Assembly (NCBI GenBank): GCA_951406725.2
Contig: OX597814.1
Span: forward strand, 152,272,001 to 152,336,000
Source: Octopus vulgaris
Taxonomy: Eukaryota
DNA length: 64,000 nucleotides
Direction of reading: 5' to 3'
In this document: positions 1-11,834 of the stretch, in pieces
Layout: every line of letters begins with the position of its first letter
How positions within the stretch are numbered: the stretch's first letter is position 1
Notes under the pieces: model-generated
The model's database searches: none
Seen by the model: the letters and a program-made list of their open reading frames with translations, nothing else
What the model was told of the DNA's origin: nothing
Translations under genes and position numbers: made by a program

Positions 1-204
1 TACGCGAGAATCTATTCAATGTCTTGTCTAAGTGTATTGTGCAAAGGTTGTAAGGAGGCATTTGACACAATGTATCCAGGACTAAATTACTTAATATTTA
101 ACATGATAGAACATGAATGGAGTGAGATTTCACGGTCGTTTAAAGCAGATCAAATTCATCTGCAAATAGGCTCTTATTTGGATAAGTTTTCCTGGGTTGC
201 CGTT

Positions 205-470
205 GCTGCTAAGCCCAGGTCATGCTCAGTTGGCCAGACATATGATCAGACATATGAAAGGGCACACTGGATAACGTAGACCTAGATAGACTAAGTCAGT
301 AAAAGCAACCGGATAGTCTTAACTGGAATACATCTGATTATAGTCAACTGTAATTTGATGCAGTCCATTGATTGAACAAATATATCCTTCTACGTTAGGG
401 TGTAGGCAAAGCAGATATGGAGCTGCTATTTCTAGCAGGTCGAGTGAGCAACCATACAGAGACTCTTTTA
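205..470. repeat. Old dispersed repeat family (motif gctgctatttctagcaggtcgag); other copies near 1580-1740, 3835-4010, 18170-18370, 24660-24850, 25450-25540, 49180-49380
   Basis: Recurrent degenerate motifs 'agccccaggtca...ctatgatca' and 'gctgctatttctagcaggtcgag' in both orientations across the window. Confidence 0.55.
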
Positions 471-835
471 TTAGTAAATTAATATTTGTAAGTGATGGAA
501 GCAATTGAGCGTCATGTATAAATGTATTGCGTGAAGATTGTAAAGAGATATTCGAAAAACTAAATAGAATTATGAATTATATTTCTATTGGTTTAAAGAA
601 ACCATGCCCATTAGTTTCGTTTGTTTATTTGTTTGTTGTTTTTTAGTAAAAATTTGTCAACAATTTTGTAAATAAATGAATACAATAGAGTAGTTTGAAG
701 ACAATAATTTAATTATACTCATTTAACGCTACCATCGTGGAATACGATGATGCTAATTATCTTATGTAATTGCTCATTAAATATTTATTAATTCAATTGT
801 ATGGAGCTGTTTTCCAGTTACGTGTTGTTTACACC

Positions 836-944
836 CACACGCACATACATACATATATACATACAATTATATGTATACACACACATTATATATATATATA
901 TATGCACATATATATATTTACATATATATGCATATATATATATA

Positions 945-1028
<84 letters not shown>

Positions 1029-1190
1029 TGTATATATATATATGTATATATACATATATTTATGTATTCACATAAATATATATATATGAATGTATACATA
1101 CATACATGCATACATACATACATACATACATACATACATACATACATACATACATACATACATACATACATACATACATACATACATACA
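836..1190. repeat. Compound (TA)n/(TACA)n microsatellite
   Basis: Direct read. Confidence 0.98.
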
Positions 1191-2479
1191 AAGTACGTTT
1201 GTACTGTTGGTGTGCATATATGTATATATTCTGAAAGAGAGACAGAGAAAGTGTAAGAAAATATAATGAAATAAAGACAAACAAGGGAGTGAAAGAAAGG
1301 AAAAGTTGCCATAATGAATTTCCGGGATATTGATAATGAAATCGTGTGCCTTAGCCAGACACAAGCTCATTTATAACCACTGTATAATTTAGTTTTCTTA
1401 ATAAATAGCAATAAACGTTAGAAAATCTGAAAGATACTGAATGTTGCTGGGTACGAATGTTCAATTAGGAAATTTGCGGGTACCAGAAATGTTTCAATGT
1501 AGCTTTACCAAAATTATTTTTGATTTATATGATAATATGCAAGTACAATTCTATTCGTTGCTGTTTTTGATATTGTAGTTTAGTTTAGCCCCAGGCGAAA
1601 CCTATTCTAGCAAATGAGTTGCAGTCGTCTTTTGAAGTATATGCAGTACTTAACTCCGTTCTTTCCTGAGTTGAGATAGTAAGGGCGAATTAAGGGATGC
1701 TTGACTGCTGCTTCTAGTAATTCGAGTGATCACAGCTCATATTGCAGTGGTATACGCGATCGAGATCTATAGTCATCATAATTCATTGTTTTAAATGCAG
1801 CATCTAACTGATACATCTTTTATCGAACTTGCACTAATGAACAATCAAAGGGACCTTAACAGGATTTCAACTCCGCTATCTTGGTTACATTTGTTACCCA
1901 TATGACCAACGGGTTGGTGATTTCTCTTCATAACACACAGATTTTTCTTTGGGAACGGATGTAATCTGACCGAACAGAGCACAGTATATCTGCGGTATTT
2001 ATTCTATGATATCCTTATTAATAAGTGTTTAAGTAAACATCGATAGAATTTCAATTTGGAATGAAACAACGTGAAGGAAATAGAGTCAGGAACTCTACTA
2101 TTCTAAAATACATAGATTCGCTAACAATGTGTATTTATTTGCAGTCACACAACCGAGATATTGTGGCTGGGGAGGAGAATGCCTAAACAACAAATAAGAG
2201 AAGTAAAATGAACGTGAATAGAACAATGCAGTATTTATTCCACTGGTAGAGGATGTAATCAGAGTAAGGAGAAAATCTAAATGAGAATGGTTAACTCTAT
2301 GTTGTTTCAAACAGGACAAAATTAGAGATAGTCTTAATCATATACTGATAAATAAGGATGGAAAACAACGAAATCTTAAAAGCATTTGTAATGGTACAAT
2401 GAACATTATATGTGAATAATGGTAATTTCTGTAAACCTTGTTTTATTTTATTTTTAATATGATATTGAATATCGGTTTC

Positions 2480-2663
2480 AAATTTTCGCACAAGGCCAAT
2501 AATTGTGGGAGTGGGTAAATCAACTGGTACGCATTTCAGCAATCTCGAAATGATGAAAGGCAAAGTCGATTTCAGCGTTATTTGAACTCTGAACGTAAAG
2601 GCAGACAAAATGCCGCAAAGCATTTTGCTCGACGTGCTTAGAATTCTGCCATCTCGCAGCCTT
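2480..2663 (-). mobile_element. SINE family A, diverged copy
   Basis: Reverse-complement match to full copy 43524-43756 (gatgaaaggcaaagtcga...tttgaactc). Confidence 0.8.
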
Positions 2664-2977
2664 AAGTAATATTGTAATATTTTTATAGTATTACCATTTT
2701 TTAGTTAAAGTTTTATATCATTAAATCATTCAGTGGTCCAGAAGAAACTGTTTTAAATAAAAGAAAAGCTGTCATTTTAACGGCATAAATGTCTAGGTGT
2801 TCATGAACCGTTATAACCCATATTTATCCGTAAATGGTATGCTCAATAATACGGTATAGAGGTCGGCCTTCATGCGAAAGTCTAAGTGTTATATGCAAAA
2901 ATTAAATACAAAAATTTGGGGTAAGAAATTTTACCTTGACTTCAATAGTTGGTTTGAATGGATGCACAATTCCCCTG

Positions 2978-3641
2978 GCACTCCGTCGGTTACGACGGCG
3001 AGTGGAGTCATTACCTTTTGACCGACAGATTTAAAAAATAATTTTTTGTAACTAAACACTTTCAAACTTCGGACACTGATTGAATGTGTCATATAAAACA
3101 TCTTTTACTCTTAGTGTTTTTGAGAAAAGCTTATATTTAGGAAGTTATTTCAAGTTAAAGTTGTAGTATTTTGGTAATTTCAACCAATCAATGACGTGTA
3201 TTTAGCTGAATAAAATTACTGCCGTTGTTTGTCAACAAATATCGGCGGTGTATATTTCGTTTGTGACTGTTATTTATGACAACCCTAACCCTAAAACCGT
3301 AACCCTAAAACCCTAGTTTTTAAATCTGTCGGTCAAAAGGTAAAGATCCCGGGGAGTGTTCCAGTTGATCCGATCAAAAGAACAGCCTGCGTGTGAAAAT
3401 TAACTTACATGTGGCTGAGCAATGCACAGACACGCGTACTCTTAGCATACTTCTCAGAGAGATACAACGTGACACAGAATGTGAAAAAGCTAGCACCTTC
3501 AATTACAGGTACAATACATTTACGCCAGCTGAGTGGACTGGAGCAACGTGGAAAAAATATCTTACTCAAAAACACAACACGTGCCAGGAATCGAACTTAC
3601 GGCCTTACAACCGTGAGCTGAATACCCTAGTTACGTGCCTT
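2978..3641 (-). mobile_element. tRNA-derived CORE-type SINE family C, split by MITE 3004-3349
   Basis: Collinear with intact copy 54484-54803 once 3004-3357 is removed. Confidence 0.85.
3004..3349. mobile_element. MITE with ~30-bp TIRs, 8-bp TSD (hAT-like) and internal telomere-like CCCTAA repeats
   Basis: ttaccttttgaccgacagatttaaaaa / tttttaaatctgtcggtcaaaaggtaa; TSD cggcgagt (2996-3003) / cggggagt (3350-3357). Confidence 0.85.
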
Positions 3642-3666
3642 CACTGCACTAATATCTCTGTAATAT

Positions 3667-3801
3667 TCAAATTCCGCCGAGGTCAACTTTGCCTTTCATC
3701 CTTTCGGGGTCGATAAATTAAGTACCACTTGCATACTGGGGTCGATCTAATCGACTGGCCCCCTCACCAAAAATGTCGGATCTTGTGCCTAGAGTAGAAA
3801 A
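3667..3801 (+). mobile_element. SINE family A, partial
   Basis: ttcaaattccgccgaggtcaactttgcctttcatcctttcggggtcgataaattaagtacc. Confidence 0.85.
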
Positions 3802-4403
3802 GACTATGTCTGTAATTTTGAATGAATCAACGAAGGAGCCTCTTCATGGATGTTCGTTCTGCTAGAAATAGCAGATAAATCTTCCCGAAGCAAAAAAAAT
3901 TATATATTTGTTAATGTAATCCGAGGTAAACTGTACCTGACAAAGACAGGGTGGCTATGGATGCAATGCATTCGATCCTAAGTCTATTCAATCAAGTCTG
4001 GCCTGTGTAAACAATTAAAACACTGATAACATAGCATTGGCATGTTCATGAAATTTACTGATTTCTAATACTAGAACACATCGCCATAATATTGAGTTCA
4101 AATTTTGGCACAAGGCCAGCAAGCTTGGCTGGATGATGAGTCGATTGTAACCAACGTATGAAAGCAAATGTTGACCTCGCCGGAATTTGAACTCAGAACG
4201 TGATACATCACTATAATATTCCATGTGTGTAAGAGAGACTAAATGAGATCGATCAGTATATGACAGGTGCATATTTTATCAATCTCTTAATCTTGAAGTG
4301 CAATATCGGCCTTAGTGGAATTTGAATTAAGAGCGTAAAAAAATAAACTAATTTCTGTCAAGTCATTCTATTTGATGCTCTTCCGATGCGGCATTATAAT
4401 TAT

Positions 4404-4627
4404 AGGAGGAGGTACTGAAAGGTTCTTAACTCTAAGGGTGTCACGAAAGCGAAAGAACTCGGGAGGTTAGGCTTGAAGCCCAACCTTCCGAGTTCTTTTA
4501 CAGGGCTTGACCACAGCAATAAGTGTGTGAATCTCAGAGGAGAGAATGTGTTGAACAAAATCATAATTAACTGATCTTCCTGTATTTTCTTTCACTCAAA
4601 GTCAGGAACTTTTCAGGACACCCCAGT
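4404..4627. mobile_element. Tc1/mariner-like MITE (same family as 54211-54341)
   Basis: Degenerate TIR ggaggtactgaaaggttc / ggaacttttcaggacacccc; shared core aatcataattaactgatc. Confidence 0.6.
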
Positions 4628-4833
4628 GCCGTTCAAGAATTTGGACCTGGAGATCTCCATTTCCAGCGACTTTGAGGGCCACCTCCCAGTGGTGTCGGGC
4701 GTCAACGAAGAGCCCTCAACTACAAGACGACCAAAGTTTTTCCTTTTTCCAAGGTCTGGGGTCTCCCGCCCCTAAGCCCTAGACCATCACCTAATCACCC
4801 TTACCCGTCTTGTTGCTTAACAACAACAACAGC
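4628..4833 (+). mobile_element. ~205-bp (AAC)n-tailed retroposon, copy 1
   Basis: Near-identical to 18642-18852; TSD acaccccagt (4618-4627) / acactccagt (4834-4843). Confidence 0.8.
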
Positions 4834-5494
4834 ACACTCCAGTAATTAAATAAAAGGCCTAAAGTACGGGCGACCTTACAGCGTTCAAAGTGATTAAAAT
4901 TTTTTGATATTTTGTAAATAATTGTTATTAATTATAAGTTTGCATTGCCAATTCATTTGCCAACATATTTTCATTGTTTAGATATTATTGCTGTTTCAAC
5001 ATGATTGTTTACGAATCAGTGTTACCACGAGGGTTATAATGATATTTACGTTGCAAACACAATTACATTAAATGTTATTAAATTGAATTTTATGCTTGTG
5101 TTGATCTTACTTTTAATCAACCCGCCAGCATTCATGTAATGAATTTGCGAAAGAGGAATTCGTTCGTTGTTTTTTGCGTTCTTCTCTTAGGTGATTAAGA
5201 AATCATGATATTTTTGATTAAATTTAAAAACCATACTATTGGAATGTTTTATGTAGAAACGGTACAGCATTGAATGAAGCTATTATGATTGGCCCTAATC
5301 GCGAAAATTCATAATCAAAACTACTCAAGCCATTAGGAATAAAAATATAGGCTTATTCTTTTTTTTTTTTTTTGTTAGATAAGAGTATTTTGACGTAGAC
5401 CTAGTTTTTATTCGAAGCAGATCGGCTGATTTCACAGATGCTCCTTTATTGGTATGTTTTCATTAAGGTAAATCCGAGTTGAAGTCATCCTGAG

Positions 5495-5805
5495 TTGGAG
5501 TAAAGGAGGATAAAGACCTCTTTTGGGTTTGCATCTAGAAAGTTACCCTCCGAGGCACAAGTCCGGGCAAAATTGTTTTGTGAAAAACCAGGTGTCGCCC
5601 ATACATACCAGTCTCCCCTCTCTACACCACCCATGATTTCCAAGGGAAAAGTAAAGGCTAATTCATCTTGGCACCAGTGACGTCGCAACTCATTTTCTAC
5701 AGTTGAGTGAACTGGAGCAACATGAGGTAGAGTGTCTTGCTCAAGAACACAACACACAGCCCGGTCCGCGAATCAAACACACAACCTCACGATTGTGAGC
5801 CCGAA
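5495..5805 (-). mobile_element. CORE-type SINE (family C-like head/core, different tail)
   Basis: Minus strand gtgttcttgagcaagacact CORE-like motif; gagtgaactggagcaac shared with family C. Confidence 0.7.
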
Positions 5806-6215
5806 GACTTCGTAAAGTAGTATTATGTTGGAATGGCCAAGCCTTTGTTGTCAACTTTAGAAATTTTAAGAAAACCCAGGAAGTGAAACCGTGCTGTGAT
5901 TTCAGCAGCTAAGTTAGTAACACTCTTTGTGGTCTTTATCAAATTAGGAGCATATTACATTGTTCAGCAAGAGAGGAGCGTGACTCTTACTTTGCGGTGC
6001 TTGCCACACAGGAAGTCAGAATATTATGAGAAATATATTATCAATTAGCTGAGTGCCGGAACTATTTTGTTTACACAGCCAGGAAGATGAATTTTCAAGT
6101 CAGCCGAACTACGTTAAGCTTTTCTTAATAGTCGTAATGTTTGTATTTTTGCTGAAAACCAGTGCAAATCTCTGTGTTGTTTTTAGTGGGGGTCTTTTAA
6201 GGTTATCCACATGTC

Positions 6216-6342
6216 ATACACACAAACACACACTCACACATACATACACACACACGCACACATATATGTATATATGTATATATATATATATACATACATA
6301 CATTTATATATATATATATTTATATATATATATATATATATA
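6216..6342. repeat. (CA)n/(TA)n microsatellite
   Basis: Direct read. Confidence 0.95.
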
Positions 6343-6694
6343 AATTCCTTTATTAACGAAAAGGCAGACACTAAAAAAAGATCTTTCATACGCATCTCTG
6401 AAATCACTTAATCAAAATTTTATAGGTTACACACATGCAGGTGAATATGATGCGGACATGAGTGTGTGTGTGCGCGCGTGTGTGTGTGCGCGTGCGTGCG
6501 TTGGCGTGCAAGCACCCTTTTCATCTTTCTGGGATAGAAAAATAAGTCTCATTAAGTACAAGACTTGCCTTATATCAACTACACCCCGCCATTCCTTCCC
6601 GTAAAGTTTAGGAAGAAATCACGCAATGCTTTTTCTTACGACGTTCTAAGGATTCCACCAACCTACCACCCTCACTTCCCAAATATTAACAACC

Positions 6695-6974
6695 CTTTCT
6701 ACAAAAATACAAGGCCTGAAATTATGGGGGAGGGGACAAGTCGATTTCATCAACCCCAGTGTTTCACTGGTACTTAATTTGTTTAGCCCCTTGTGGGTAG
6801 TAAAGAAATAGGTATTCCGTCTGCCGTTACGTTCTAGTTCAAATTCCGCCGAGGTCGACTTTGCCTTTCGTCCTTTCGGGGTCGATGAAATAAGTACCAG
6901 TTACGCACTGGGGTCGATGTAATCGACTTAATACTTCCCCCAAAATTTGAGGCCTTCTACTTCCAGTAGAAAGG

Positions 6975-7025
<51 letters not shown>
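6695..7025. mobile_element. Composite of SINE A pieces (inverted 3' piece, tail fragment, body) followed by (TTA)n
   Basis: gtttagccccttgtgggtagtaaagaaata tail joined to internal ggtattccgtctgccg; body matches 43524-43756. Confidence 0.8.
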
Positions 7026-7040
7026 GCCTTCAATAATAAT

Positions 7041-7215
7041 AAGTCACTTGGCATCAACACCAATTCCTGGGAGGATCTCGCAGCCGACCGAACCAGCTGG
7101 AGAAGCACTCTTCACAAACAACTGCGGACTGGCGAAGAGAAAATGAGGGCGGCGGCAGCTGAAAACCGCTCCTGCAGAAAATAAATGACAGCCAATAGAC
7201 GGGATTCAAACGAGA
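7041..7215 (+). pseudogene. RTE-clade LINE ORF C-terminal fragment
   Basis: Translates KSLGINTNSWEDLAADRTSWRSTLHKQLRTGEEKMRAAAAENRSCRK*, the RTE WExLAxDRxxWR motif. Confidence 0.75.
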
Positions 7216-7804
7216 CTACCACTCTCGCATCAGTCTCTACATTGGGTAATGTAGTTCTAGAACTGATTAGATTGAGTTTTCCTTTCATCTATCTGCGAAG
7301 GCCATTCGGGTTCCTATGCGAAGGTTAAAGGTACTCCCTTATAGTGCTTTTCCACTACCTTTTCTACCTCTCCGCCTCTGTAGAAGAAGACCAATAGTTA
7401 GTCTTCCTCCGGGTTCGAGGAAGTCAATTCTACTGTTGGCGGCACAACCCCACCCCCCAACGTTGCCTCTTCCTCATCCGGTGGCACAACCCCTACCGGG
7501 AAGGTTCCGGGACATTCAAGTGCTATGTCACTGACTGCCGGCAATGTCTCGTTTCTTTTCATCTTCCTCTTTTTTTTTTCTTCTCAACTGAGGGAGGGTG
7601 CGTCTCCTCCGTGACCGGAAGATTCACCTCCCCTCCCTCATCCCTAGGATCCTTCGGTGAGCACCCATTGTTGCTCACCTTCTTCTTTTGCGGCCCTTCT
7701 TTGAGAAGTCCTCCGCCTGCTCGGCCGCCTTCGTTCCTTCTTCTACAGCGGTCTCAATCAACTGCTCCAGGACTTTGCTTTATTCCTGAGGACAGTTTTT
7801 CTTT

Positions 7805-8130
7805 ATATGAAATAAGTGCCAGTTGAACACTAGAGTCGATATAATCGACTTAGCTCCCCTTCCGAAATTACTGGCCTTGTGTCAAAATTTTAAATCATTA
7901 TTATAATTATTAAAGCGGATTGCTGGCGGAATCCTTAAGCAACGGTGGAAAAAATGCTTAGCAGTATTTTTTCCAGTTTTATGTTCTGAGTCTAAATGTC
8001 GTCGAGGTCGACTTCGCTCTTCATCCTTTCTGTGTCGATTAAACTACAGTACTATCAAGTACTCAGATCGATTGTATCGACTAATCCCTCCCCTCAAAAT
8101 TACTGGCTTTTTGTCTAAATTATAAACTAT
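7805..8130 (+). mobile_element. SINE family A, diverged tandem pieces
   Basis: aaataagtgccagttgaacactagagtcgat; gaggtcgacttcgctcttcatcctttc. Confidence 0.7.
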
Positions 8131-8619
8131 TATGACTAATATTGTTACATTCCTAATAGTAATTTCATACTATAAATTGGCCAATCTTAACCCTTACCAA
8201 CATCTTGACACCGCACACCTCTGCCATTTTATCCTTGCCAATTATTACAATGATGATAAGGTGACGGAGCAGAGGAGAAACAGGAGGAGGAGAGAATGTG
8301 GTTGTTATAAATTGGATGGCAGTTACGATTAATTTTCATTCATCCTAAAATGTTTCTCCAAAGAATTATATCTTTTAGAAAAATCTTTTGAAAATCAATA
8401 TCGTTAAAACTGCCTTTCTAACATAGCTTTGCAAATTATAATAGAAGTTGGTGCAACATAAATACAAATAGAGAAAAAGAGGATGAAAGAAAATAGAGGT
8501 TTTTTTATGAAACTAAAACGGGTTTCTTTCTTTAAAGATATTTTTGGATTTTTTTTTTAATCGAAAAATCTTGAGTCATTCGCATTTCCCTTTGAGAAAC
8601 TCTCCAAATTAATTTAATA

Positions 8620-8770
8620 TAATCATCATCGTCATTGTCACCATCGTTGTTGTCATCATCTCCTCCACCACCACTACCACCACCACCACCACCATCATTG
8701 ATAACAGCATCATCATCATCGTCGTCATCATATTGTCATCATCATCATCATCGTCATCGTCATCATTATT
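8620..8770. repeat. (CAT)n/(CCA)n trinucleotide tract
   Basis: Direct read. Confidence 0.9.
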
Positions 8771-9666
8771 TCATTCACTTTTTCGGATTCACAAAATTAT
8801 TTCAGAAATTTCGTGAAGATATAATTTCTCCATATCTTCGTAACCTTATATGGCTCCTAATTCATTTCTTTTTTTCTTTTGCCTATTCTCAAAGACTTTT
8901 TTCTCTCTCTCAGTATTGCATGATGTCCTTAAGAAGAATTTAAATAAAAATGACGGACAAATTTTTCTTTCTTTTTTATTATTTTTAATATATTCTAATA
9001 CGTAAAAAATTATCAACAGAATCATACAACACTGTTTACCGTTTTGAATTTTTCAGTTATCTTACCTGAATTAAATTCTCATTCAAGATTACAAAGGATA
9101 GAATTCGAAACATTCTCTACGAGTAGAGCATACAGATTGACGCGTTCAGTTCCTGAAATCCTGGCTTTACTTCTGCTCTCAATGAAACGAAAACAATGTA
9201 CTTCAAATTACTCAAACACTGTCAATAATAGCATTCGTACTAACAAAACTTGTACTCATTTTTTGGAAATTGCTTTTTCGTTCTTATTTATCTCTAGTGA
9301 GAAAATTGGTAAATGCTTTTGTGCCTATGTTATAAACCATTATATTTATTGTATAATATTCATGGCGAGGGATTGGTAGAAACGTAATAGCATCGGAAAA
9401 ATACATTCAAATGCCTCCAACATCAAATTAGCCTTCCATTCTTTCGAGGTCGACCAAATATAGTACCAACCAAGTAATCCGGTTAATGGTATCCTCTCTT
9501 TTCAAAATTGCTGACCAAGTTCTTAGTTCTTTTCCTATACATTTTGCTCCCAAATGTGTTTATCCATGTATATATTAAATTAGACAAACGATGGCTTAAC
9601 TGGCCGATACTTTGAAATTATTGTCAACAATATTCTTGTTTAAGAATATATGGCTGTGTGTGTGTG

Positions 9667-9707
<41 letters not shown>

Positions 9708-9769
9708 AAAGAGTGAGGTAGAAAGTTAGAGCAATGAAGTTTGACATAGACTATATATATATATAAAAC

Positions 9770-10445
9770 CCTCCTCCTCTCTCCTCTCTTCCTCTCACAC
9801 CTACTTCCTCCCACTCACCTGCTCTGGCACCTACTTCCTCTCTTTACTCCTACCCACCTTTTCCCTTCCACCCTCTCCTTTCATCGGTACCCTCCCTCGT
9901 TATCCCACCCCTACACCTTTCAAACCCACCTCACACCACACCACACATCACATACCACCACACACCACCATACCACACACATCACACCACACACATCACA
10001 CCACCCAACACACACTAGCATTGACCACTTCCCAGCATCCATACCAGCGCACACACTAGCGCTGACCACTTCCCAGCACCTACACCATCATCCACACACC
10101 TACACATGCACACACGCACAAGACAATGTCACCAGTCCTCATCCACAGGCATATATACGCTCTTACATACATACGCACGTGCACCTTCGTTTTGGGATCA
10201 CAACTACTTTATTATCTCCCCTTCTTCTTAGCTCTCCTGTGTGACGCCTCTGTCCGGCATTTGCCATGATAGATTGCTAGCCACTAAACCTTTTTCTGTT
10301 TTCTCTCCCTGTTTATTTCTGTGTTCCTTTCTGTCGAAGACCGTAGACTCGAAACGTAAAAGACTTTCTCACTTCCCGAGCGTTAAACTAATTTATCTGT
10401 TTGTTGTTTACACAACCGTCTTCGTCCTTTTTTTTTTGTAGATTG
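9770..10445 (+). mobile_element. Probable Penelope-type non-coding terminal region with degenerate hammerhead-like motif, abutting (TA)n
   Basis: C/A-rich repeats, then cttt-CTGTCGA-agaccgtagactc-GAAACGTA-aaag at 10327-10362. Confidence 0.45.
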
Positions 10446-10509
<64 letters not shown>

Positions 10510-10601
10510 GAAATAAGGTGTTCAAAAATCTATAAATATGTAAATATAAAACCATCCAGATTTCTGAGTACCTTATTTCTTCTAACATTACAACTCCACT
10601 T

Positions 10602-10633
<32 letters not shown>

Positions 10634-10800
10634 GAGTATATAAGTCCTTTCTTTTTTATTATTTTTGATATATTCTCAGATGTAAAAAAAATATCAACAG
10701 AATCATATGATACTGTTTACCGTTTTGAATTTTTGTGAGAAGAGTAGATATGTTTAGAAGGAATGTATATATGTAATACATATATATGTATGCATGTAAG

Positions 10801-11318
10801 CAGGGCCGGTCTTAGGAAGTGCTGGGCCCAATTGGGAACCATTTTGGTGGTCCCCAGGTTCCCAGTCAATTTGCACTAAGTGCGTATATATATGTCTATG
10901 TATGTATATATATATATATGTGTGTGTATGTGTGATCATGCATGAATGTATATATATATATATATATATATGTTTGTGCATATGATGTATATATGTGTAT
11001 GCATGTGTATGCGTATAAAATCAACCCCAGGACTTATTCTTTGTAAACTTTGTAGTTATTCTATCGGTCATTTTTGCCGAACCAGTAAGTTACGGGGACG
11101 TAACCACACATCATCGGTTGTCAAGCGATGGTTGGGGGACAAACATATTGTATATGATATACGACGGGCTTCTTTCAGTTTCCGTCTACCATATAAGGCT
11201 TTGGTCCGCCCGTAGATATAGTGGAAGACACTTGCCCAAGGTGCCACGCAGTGGGACTGAACCTGGAGCGATGAGGCTAGGAAGCATGCTACTTACCACC
11301 CAGCCACTCGTACGCTTA

Positions 11319-11351
<33 letters not shown>

Positions 11352-11834
11352 ATATATATATATATATATATATAATACACTTAATTGAAGTAAAAAAATC
11401 CCTCGAATTAAACATATTTATAAATTGATACACACAAACATACGCACACATATACACATGCAATCCACCCACATACATACTCACACAGTCACATAAATAT
11501 TTTACCGAAACAACCCCATAAACACTCCCAAACATTCACATACAAGCATACATATTCACCCTTACACTAAACATACAATAAATTTCTTCAAATTCAGCGG
11601 CTGACCCAAGCAGTTTTGGGTGAGGGTTTATCTTTTGATATCCTCTGTCGCTAAAGTATAGAAAGTATGTTTTTTTTTTTTTGAAAGACCATGTAGATAT
11701 TTTTCTTAAAGACTTCAAGGAGACCACCTTTATGAAATGACACAGTATAGAATGTGGCCCTCTTGAGCTCGAGCCCCCCTTCGGCGTGGGCCCGATTAGG
11801 AGCAATCGGTCCAATCCGCTTAAGGCCGACCCTG
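10801..11834. mobile_element. Non-autonomous hAT-like element containing a nested SINE
   Basis: TIR cagggccggtctta / taaggccgaccctg; 8-bp TSD catgtaag (10793-10800) / cttgtaag (11835-11842). Confidence 0.8.
11017..11316 (-). mobile_element. SINE family B (tRNA head, CORE-like), nested in the hAT element
   Basis: Reverse-complement match to 20266-20680 (gacacttgcccaaggtgccacgcagtgggactgaacc). Confidence 0.85.

Noticed and set aside
770-1370. ORFs rich in YI/HT/CV/MYV repeats here and at 26.6k, 30.5k, 36.3k, 43.8k, 51.4k and 54.3k
   Set aside because: Stop-free translations of microsatellites, not genes
7240-7795. GC-rich stretch with 71-72 aa ORFs, possibly a LINE ORF1 remnant
   Set aside because: No recognisable motif in any frame; cannot be assigned without a database search
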